From assembly GCA_048885865.1 (NCBI GenBank), contig JBHLLF010000078.1:1-10222 (forward strand): DNA of 10,222 nt. The letters run 5' to 3'. The notes beneath the pieces are model-generated. The model was not told the origin of the DNA. It did no database searches and saw only the letters and a list, made by a program, of their open reading frames with translations. Origin of the DNA: Candidatus Hermodarchaeota archaeon (GTDB lineage Archaea > Asgardarchaeota > Thorarchaeia > Thorarchaeales > Thorarchaeaceae). Positions 1-5,703 of this stretch are shown one piece after another. Every line of letters starts with the position of its first letter. The stretch's first letter is position 1. The translations under genes were made by a program, and so were the position numbers.

Positions 1-302
1 CCATCAACTGCTGGTATATTGAAAGTATCACTCGCCCCTGACGTGCTACTCTGGCTCGTATAGGATTCTGTGTGCACCATCACATCGTTCTGGTAGATAA
101 TGATGGTTTGAATGTGATGTGTATTGGGATCTGAGACAACGTGTGCTATATCTACACTTAGAATCTGAGTATCCCAGTCATATTCCAAAGACATGTTTGA
201 GGGTGTATGTGCAGCTACTGGCATTGAGCTTAGCACAATGAATAGAGCAGCTGCAATTACAGCGACCCGACCTGCTATTCTGACTGCTTTCCCCTTTTTC
301 AT
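1..302 (-). CDS. Secreted His-rich hypothetical protein, 3'-truncated at window edge; possible SOR/desulfoferrodoxin-like or SoxZ-like beta-sandwich metal-binding domain
   Basis: Not in the ORF track. ATG at 302 is preceded by GGAGAGG and the frame stays open to base 1: MKKGKAVRIAGRVAVIAAALFIVLSSMPVAA|HTPSNMSLEYDWDTQILSVDIAHVVSDPNTHHIQTIIIYQNDVMVHTESYTSQSSTSGASDTFNIPAVD... Basic N-region, hydrophobic core and VAA cleavage site form a classic signal peptide. The CDS is well supported; the fold is inferred. Confidence 0.8.
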   Translation of the reverse strand, partial: MKKGKAVRIAGRVAVIAAALFIVLSSMPVAAHTPSNMSLEYDWDTQILSVDIAHVVSDPNTHHIQTIIIYQNDVMVHTESYTSQSSTSGASDTFNIPAVD

Positions 303-372
303 CGCAAATCGCCTCTCCCTCATCTGATGATTGTCACCGATAATAGTGTTTTGAATGGGATGGAAGTTGATA

Positions 373-394
373 ATGCAACAACTGCATCCTTAAG
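373..394 (+). promoter_or_regulatory. Putative TATA-like box (CTTAAG, 389-394) with adjacent palindrome ATGCA-N5-TGCAT (373-387)
   Basis: Seen in the divergent intergenic region, about 40 nt upstream of ATG 434. Position fits an archaeal promoter plus operator. The motifs are short and could be chance. Confidence 0.35.
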
Positions 395-433
395 TGGAGG
401 AGAGCTGAATATGAAGTGTCTTGGGGTATCAAA

Positions 434-1840
434 ATGGCGGCTCAAGATGACTCAAGGAAATACGACTGGAAGATCCACCCTCAAGCCGAGGCGTTCCTTG
501 AGCTGAGAGTATCAGACTTCCTGAAGCAGAACAGAGCCGCCAGAGAACTCTCTGATAGAATGCTGAATGAAAGCTCGACTCGGTTCTTCGATTGGATTGA
601 CCATATTGTCATTCCTGATGAAATGGTCAATGTAGACACATTAATTGATCTTGATTTCAAGCTGGCTAAGGGAATAAAGAAGCCAAGAGGTACCAAGGTC
701 TACACTCATGAAGGGTCTACCCTATTCCCCGTTCTTCTCTCTCCAGGCAGCCATACTCAAGTTGCGCTGAAGCCGGAAATCCTGGGACATTTCCTGCAGA
801 TGACTGGTATGTACTATAGCTGGAATGATGACATCTCAGCCCTGGATGAACAGTCACGGCCCAAGACGGATTACTTAGGCAGGAGTCTTGGCATGTTTCA
901 GAGTGCCTTAGTGAGCGATGAGGACCAATCTGAGCTATGGGCTGTGGAGAGAAGAGGATTCCATGGTTTTTCAGATCCCAAACAGCATCACGATAGAGAA
1001 GAGTATCTCTCGAATTTACAGCATTTCACAATGAGGAGACGTCACTTTTCTCGTGATAGAGATGGATTGGAAACGCTGCTAGAAACTGTAAAGCAATTTG
1101 TCAAGGGGTCTCGAGCAGAGCTTGTTGCCGACGCATTCTTTCATGCAGAACGACAATTCTGGCAAAGCAGAGATAGAGGCGGGATGATTCAGAGAGCGCT
1201 ACAAGACCGCCTCGGTCTGGGTTGGGGGAATCATGACCATCATACCTACCGCTCATCAAGAGGAAATTTCCATCTTCTCATCGAGATATTCGAGACCATG
1301 GGCTTTTTGCCAAGAGAGCAGTTTTTTGCGGCAGATGGTGGATGGGGGGCTCAAGTCCTTGAGCATCCAATCTGCGGCACGACGATTTTCGCAGATGTAG
1401 ATATCACAGAGAGAGAACGCGAAATTGATTTCGCACACGAAGAGATGAATGACCACAAAGATGTCGGAACAGTAGGACTTTGGGTATCTCTTCATGGAGA
1501 GAGCATTCTCCAAGGTGGGATGCACCACCTTGCTGCGTTAGTTGACTTTGCCCAGGCTGAAGCAGGACTTATGAACCATGGCGTGTTGAGAATGAAGCCA
1601 TTTTCGGATTTCAGGTTCCTCAAGCAAGCTTTTGTTGAGTCAGAGAGACGCCCTATCGAGCAGAGAAGACTTCGGTCTGCAGTTGAAAGGGGACATATAC
1701 GGCCTGAGCGTCAGGGATTCTTTGAGCAAATCGGAGCGATTGGTAGTCACTTGGAACTCATTGAGAGACGGCAAGGATTCAAGGGTTTCAATCAGAACTC
1801 AGTGTCAGTAATCATTCAAGCTACGGACCCTCGAATCTGA
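434..1840 (+). CDS. Uncharacterised VOC/glyoxalase-superfamily protein; putative Fe(II)-dependent 2-oxoacid dioxygenase-like (HPPD/HglS-DUF1338-like)
   Basis: Long ORF. The track starts it at GTG 416; I prefer ATG 434 because GGGGT lies at 423-427. Motifs DHHTYR, GGMHHLA and HLELIERRQGFKGF resemble the His/His/Glu metal-triad segments of HPPD and DUF1338. The CDS is certain; the function is inferred. Confidence 0.7.
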   Translation: MAAQDDSRKYDWKIHPQAEAFLELRVSDFLKQNRAARELSDRMLNESSTRFFDWIDHIVIPDEMVNVDTLIDLDFKLAKGIKKPRGTKVYTHEGSTLFPVLLSPGSHTQVALKPEILGHFLQMTGMYYSWNDDISALDEQSRPKTDYLGRSLGMFQSALVSDEDQSELWAVERRGFHGFSDPKQHHDREEYLSNLQHFTMRRRHFSRDRDGLETLLETVKQFVKGSRAELVADAFFHAERQFWQSRDRGGMIQRALQDRLGLGWGNHDHHTYRSSRGNFHLLIEIFETMGFLPREQFFAADGGWGAQVLEHPICGTTIFADVDITEREREIDFAHEEMNDHKDVGTVGLWVSLHGESILQGGMHHLAALVDFAQAEAGLMNHGVLRMKPFSDFRFLKQAFVESERRPIEQRRLRSAVERGHIRPERQGFFEQIGAIGSHLELIERRQGFKGFNQNSVSVIIQATDPRI

Positions 1841-1845
1841 TGGGC

Positions 1846-2469
1846 CTATTGGCCTTTCAATTCCTTCGCTTTGCTCAGTGCATTCTTTGCCTCTTCTTCA
1901 TGCCCCTTCCTCCTGTAGATTTCAGCTAAGACCTCCCACGCCTGAGATAGTCGAGGCTGAATCTCTATGACCTGCTTCATTGAGCTTTCAGCATCATCCA
2001 TTTCGCCCTTGAAGAAGAAGGCTAATGACATCGTGAAGTATGCATCAAAGGACTGTGAATCAATCTGAACGGCTGTTCTGGCAGCTTCGATGGCTTCATC
2101 ATGTCTGTTCATATTTAGGAGAGAACTTGCCAACGATGCCCATGACCGTCCGGTGGCTGGTCCAATCTCTATTGCCTTTCGAAGGGAATTCTCTGCCTCC
2201 TCAAATCGATTTAGGTGGCCCAATGTTGATCCCAGAGAGTGCCAGTACCTCGATGCCGAGGGAGCGAGTTCAGTAGCTTTCCTATAAGCCCTCTCTGCGT
2301 CGCCCATCTTATTTTGAAACAGATAGCATGTTCCAAGCAAATCCCAAACCTCAGGGGTTTTAGGAGCAAGACTCACGGCGAGATTCAGTTCCTTCTCAGC
2401 CTCATCATACTTAAAGTCCTCTAGCAATTTCGCACATCTTGCCAGCAATATATCGAGTTCCTCTTTCAT
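1846..2469 (-). CDS. Tetratricopeptide repeat (TPR) protein
   Basis: About five tandem 34-aa units with TPR consensus (W..LG..Y......AE.AYRKA.EL.P; YWHSLG; SWASLA; AYFTMS; AWEVLA). No other domain visible. Confidence 0.92.
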   Translation of the reverse strand: MKEELDILLARCAKLLEDFKYDEAEKELNLAVSLAPKTPEVWDLLGTCYLFQNKMGDAERAYRKATELAPSASRYWHSLGSTLGHLNRFEEAENSLRKAIEIGPATGRSWASLASSLLNMNRHDEAIEAARTAVQIDSQSFDAYFTMSLAFFFKGEMDDAESSMKQVIEIQPRLSQAWEVLAEIYRRKGHEEEAKNALSKAKELKGQ

Positions 2470-2474
2470 ATGGA

Positions 2475-2490
2475 CAGGTCTCCGAATCTA
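2475..2490 (-). repeat. Copy 1 of short direct repeat TAGATTCGGA..GACCTG at the M24 stop codon
   Basis: Plus strand caggtc-tccgaatcta; matches 4185-4205. Confidence 0.45.
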
Positions 2491-3678
2491 TAGCTCCGTG
2501 ACCTTGAGAGGTGTCTTTGCCAGGACATCGCATCCGGATTCAGTAATGACGATTGGAGCTTCATATCGGAAGCCAATTTCTTCCTCAGGGACCATGAACT
2601 GCATAGCGCATATCACGACCTGATTCTCATCATACACATGATCAGGATCTGTCCAGTATGGCATGGGCCCAGTATTCATGCCAATTCGCCATTCATCACC
2701 CATCACACCTATTCCATGCTCAAAGCCCGGAACCAAGTATTGTGCGATCCCTTTGTCATCAGCCCAGTCCATCATGTCATCAGCCATCTTCCCTGGAGTC
2801 ATTCCAGGAGCATACATTTCGATAACCCTGCTGATGGTTTCTATGAAGTAGTCAGCTAACTCTCGTTGCCTATCAGAAACTGGCGATAGTAGATAGTTGT
2901 GTGAATGATCCCCAAGTCCGAGCATAAACATAGCATGCAGATCGACCATCAACGGCTCACCCTTCTGTGTTGCACGACGGGTTGCTGGTGTGCAAGCCCC
3001 CATCGCATAGCTTGTGCGATATCCAGAGGCAATTTCGTTGCCTGCTGTGAAGCTCCAAGACCACTCACTTCCAGCTTTCCTCATTGCAGCCTCCGCAATC
3101 CCTGCTATCTCAGTTTCAGTCATGCCAACCTCGAATTCGTCCAGAACGGCCTTGTGCCCTATGTCAACAATATCAGATGCCTTTCGGAATCGATTGATGG
3201 TGCCTTTGTCTTTGACCATAGACAACTGGTCGATGATATCAATTGACTGAACAAGAGTAGCCTCAGGCAAAGCCTGCCCGAGCATTTCTAGTTCCTCGGA
3301 GGTAAGATTGCCCTCAGGAAGATAGCAGGACATACCTAGTTCAACACCCACGCGACTCTTAGGAGTGGGCATATACTCTGAGATTGCATCTGCGACCACA
3401 TCAATCTGATGGCCGCCACCCAATGGACCAAACCCTCGTACATCGTCAAGCCAACTGTCATCTCTTGTGCGTTCAGCATCGATGACGAAGGTATAGATTG
3501 TGGGCGCTCCATCTTGGGGAATTACGATGAAGGATCTCCAAGGACAGAACACATCTCCAACGTAACTGATTGTCCTGAGTCGAGACCCGAGAAGAACTGA
3601 GAGATTGTTCTCTTGCATCTTATCTTGCACTGACCCTAGTCGTTTCTTGTGGTCTATAGAATAATCGTAATCTCCCAT
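2488..3678 (-). CDS. M24 family (Xaa-Pro peptidase/creatinase fold) protein with divergent active site
   Basis: Creatinase/prolidase-like N-domain, then GMTETEIA, D246/D257 (11 apart), HGIG, GFRYE and terminal ITESGCDVL pita-bread motifs. GAGGTG RBS (3684-3689) overlaps the upstream gene's stop. Confidence 0.88.
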   Translation of the reverse strand: MGDYDYSIDHKKRLGSVQDKMQENNLSVLLGSRLRTISYVGDVFCPWRSFIVIPQDGAPTIYTFVIDAERTRDDSWLDDVRGFGPLGGGHQIDVVADAISEYMPTPKSRVGVELGMSCYLPEGNLTSEELEMLGQALPEATLVQSIDIIDQLSMVKDKGTINRFRKASDIVDIGHKAVLDEFEVGMTETEIAGIAEAAMRKAGSEWSWSFTAGNEIASGYRTSYAMGACTPATRRATQKGEPLMVDLHAMFMLGLGDHSHNYLLSPVSDRQRELADYFIETISRVIEMYAPGMTPGKMADDMMDWADDKGIAQYLVPGFEHGIGVMGDEWRIGMNTGPMPYWTDPDHVYDENQVVICAMQFMVPEEEIGFRYEAPIVITESGCDVLAKTPLKVTEL

Positions 3679-3687
3679 TGGAACACC

Positions 3688-4101
3688 TCAGAAATCGGTC
3701 GGAACCTTTGCGATGATCTTATTCAGTTTGTCAACAACACTGGACAACCGTAGTGCCTTCACCATGTTGCCCTTGAGTTTGATTTTATTGCGCATTAGTG
3801 CAGAACGAGCCCCCAATTCAGCTTTAGATATCTTGGCGAAGGTTTCGTAGGCACCTATGATTCTGAATTCTGCCTCTTTTGAAGCCACCTCATCGTCATC
3901 AGTGCCGACCAAGGACTCGGCCAAGAGACCATCCTCAAATCGAAAGTACATGTAGTGGACCTTCCCATCTGGACAATCTTGGACAATATTTACCATCGAA
4001 GATGATACGTGCTTCATCTCCTCCGCTGTAAGACTGGCCTTCACGAGCCTAGTTACCTCATCCATCCATTCCTTTGAGAGATACTTGAAACCGTCTGACA
4101 T
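3688..4101 (-). CDS. SCP2 (sterol carrier protein 2-like) lipid-binding domain protein
   Basis: YLSKEW start, AEFRIIGAYETF, and ALMRNKIKLKGNMVKAL, the SCP2 C-terminal signature. ATG 4101 with upstream AAGGAGAG is preferred over the track's TTG 4170, giving 137 aa. Confidence 0.88.
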   Translation of the reverse strand: MSDGFKYLSKEWMDEVTRLVKASLTAEEMKHVSSSMVNIVQDCPDGKVHYMYFRFEDGLLAESLVGTDDDEVASKEAEFRIIGAYETFAKISKAELGARSALMRNKIKLKGNMVKALRLSSVVDKLNKIIAKVPTDF

Positions 4102-4150
4102 TCCCGACTCTCCTTCAACAGAGTGTACTTGCCTGCCTTGTATTGGTGGT

Positions 4151-4170
4151 TCATATAGATTGCTGAGCAA
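4151..4170 (-). promoter_or_regulatory. Putative internal promoter: TATA-like CTATATGA (4151-4158) preceded by perfect palindrome TTGCT-N-AGCAA (4160-4170)
   Basis: Lies in the 101-bp mttB-SCP2 gap, about 50 nt upstream of ATG 4101. Confidence 0.3.
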
Positions 4171-4184
4171 GAGTGGATAATCTG

Positions 4185-4205
4185 CAGGTCAAGCGTCCGA
4201 ATCTA
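4185..4205 (-). repeat. Copy 2 of short direct repeat TAGATTCGGA-CGCTT-GACCTG at the mttB stop codon
   Basis: Plus strand caggtc-aagcg-tccgaatcta; same as 2475-2490 apart from a 5-nt insertion. Confidence 0.45.
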
Positions 4206-5657
4206 GGTGAGGAGCGAGAGGACAGAGCCATCAAGTCCATGTATTGACATGACTTCGCGCATAATCGAGTCCACACTTTTTTGCTTATCAGCATCTAGCA
4301 AATCTGGCTGATGTTTGCTTAACAAGGAATCAACTCTGGCTTTAGCCAAATTCCATGACTCCTTGGAGCCATTTTCAATCCAGGCATCAAGTGAGAGTCT
4401 ATCGATAGCATCTGATGGGAAAATGTGTTCCTTTCTGAGGTTATTCAGAGTATGCTTCTCTCTAAGGTAGTTTCCTCCAGGACCTGTGGCTTTCACCAAT
4501 TCAGGAATCTCATCTAGTCCATCAAGATTGATTCCTTGCATAATACGAAGCGCGGCACCACAAATCTCATTGTCAAGGACGAGCTTCTCCAAGGACTGGC
4601 AATTGATGCTCATCAGCATTCCCGGACCGGAAACAATGTTGATACCGGACAGCGTAGCTTGAATCAGACCCATTGCAGACTCATAGCCACTCTGAGCATC
4701 AACGGCTTTTGAATCAGACACGCCAAGGTATGCATGTGTTGGCAATCCATAGAACTTCCCCATTTCAGCAGAAGCACAAGCAACAATGACTGCCTCAGGT
4801 GCGCCGATGCTACTTGTGCCGTGTCGCTGGTCGAGAATAGACGCTGCACCTCCGTAGACTAGTGGAGAGCCAGGCTTTGCCAGCTGACTTATCACTATGC
4901 CGCTAAGAACCTCCGCATTGAATTGCACAAGTGTTCCTCCAAGTGTCACCGGACTTGTAGCACCTACCAATGGCGCAGGAACTATAGCAGCTGGAATTCC
5001 ATGATTTGCACAATCGATGAGGTTCTGCGAAGAAACATCGCCCCAAATCAGAACTGACAGCGGGCAGCAATCAAAAACCGCTCTTGGTCTCCTTGCTAAT
5101 TCATCCTCTCCACCCACAGCAGCATCGAGAATGCGCCTCATATGAATGAGTCCCTCTTTGGAGAAGGCTCCTGTGATGATAGGCTTTAGTGACTCCTTCA
5201 GAATCAAGTAGAGCCTGAACAGATCAGAAATCGGGACAGGAACATCTGAAGGGACCATTGCGGTACTCTGTGCGCCCACGTATTCCATGCAATCAACAAG
5301 CCGAACGAACTTCGCAAAATCATCTGTGGTGGCTTTGCGAATCTCATCTGAATCGCCATCTTTGAAGTAGATGGATGATGATGCAGGATTGAAGAGAACA
5401 TTATCGCCACCAATTTCATGTGCTTCTTTGCCATCACGAGAGAATAATTTGAAAGATCCAGGAGCCTTCTGAATCATTTCCTTAACTAGGCTGGAAGGGA
5501 TTCTTGCAACCTCAGAATCGACTGCACAACCATTTTCAGTAAGAAGTCGAAGCGCCTCATCATTCTTTACAGCAACACCTGTTTCTTCAAGAACCTCAAG
5601 AGTAGAAGTGTGAATAGCCTCAGAATCTGCCTTAGAAAGGAAGCTGAGTTTCGGCAT
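4203..5657 (-). CDS. mttB: Trimethylamine methyltransferase (MttB) superfamily protein, non-pyrrolysine type (MtgB-like quaternary amine:corrinoid methyltransferase)
   Basis: Family motifs IH...LEVLEETGV, GATSPVTLGGTLVQFNAEVLSGIVISQL..PG.P.VYG, SDSK.VDAQSGYE, G.N..SGPGML, SLEKLVLDNE and GPGGNYL...HT. No in-frame TAG. Strong AAGGAGG RBS at 5668-5674. Confidence 0.93.
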   Translation of the reverse strand: MPKLSFLSKADSEAIHTSTLEVLEETGVAVKNDEALRLLTENGCAVDSEVARIPSSLVKEMIQKAPGSFKLFSRDGKEAHEIGGDNVLFNPASSSIYFKDGDSDEIRKATTDDFAKFVRLVDCMEYVGAQSTAMVPSDVPVPISDLFRLYLILKESLKPIITGAFSKEGLIHMRRILDAAVGGEDELARRPRAVFDCCPLSVLIWGDVSSQNLIDCANHGIPAAIVPAPLVGATSPVTLGGTLVQFNAEVLSGIVISQLAKPGSPLVYGGAASILDQRHGTSSIGAPEAVIVACASAEMGKFYGLPTHAYLGVSDSKAVDAQSGYESAMGLIQATLSGINIVSGPGMLMSINCQSLEKLVLDNEICGAALRIMQGINLDGLDEIPELVKATGPGGNYLREKHTLNNLRKEHIFPSDAIDRLSLDAWIENGSKESWNLAKARVDSLLSKHQPDLLDADKQKSVDSIMREVMSIHGLDGSVLSLLT

Positions 5658-5703
5658 TTGTGGAGATCCTCCTTAATGGACTGCTTGAAGGCTGCTTCGG
5701 AGT

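Noticed and set aside
416-433. GTG 416 start from the ORF track
   Set aside because: ATG 434 has a suitably spaced GGGGT RBS. GTG 416 is less likely but not excluded, for example as a leaderless start.
411-506. 31-codon out-of-frame ORF (MKCLGVSKW...) with a well-spaced GGAGGAG at 396-402, overlapping the VOC gene start
   Set aside because: If CTTAAG (389-394) is the TATA box, transcription starts downstream of this RBS. The peptide has no recognisable features.
481-1528. Antisense ORFs 481-696 and 1256-1528
   Set aside because: Shadows inside a long, motif-bearing CDS, with no protein-like features.
2040-3600. Plus-strand short ORFs 2040-2276, 2090-2287, 2239-2424, 2638-2859, 2663-2851, 2905-3246, 3014-3250 and 3409-3600
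   Set aside because: All are antisense to the TPR or M24 genes and have no recognisable motifs.
4102-4170. N-terminal extension of SCP2 from TTG 4170
   Set aside because: ATG 4101 has an AAGGAGAG RBS and begins at the family start (YLSKEW). The extension covers a likely promoter.
4053-4205. Amber read-through of mttB
   Set aside because: The read-through frame is out of frame with SCP2 and ends at a TAA. MttB is already full length.
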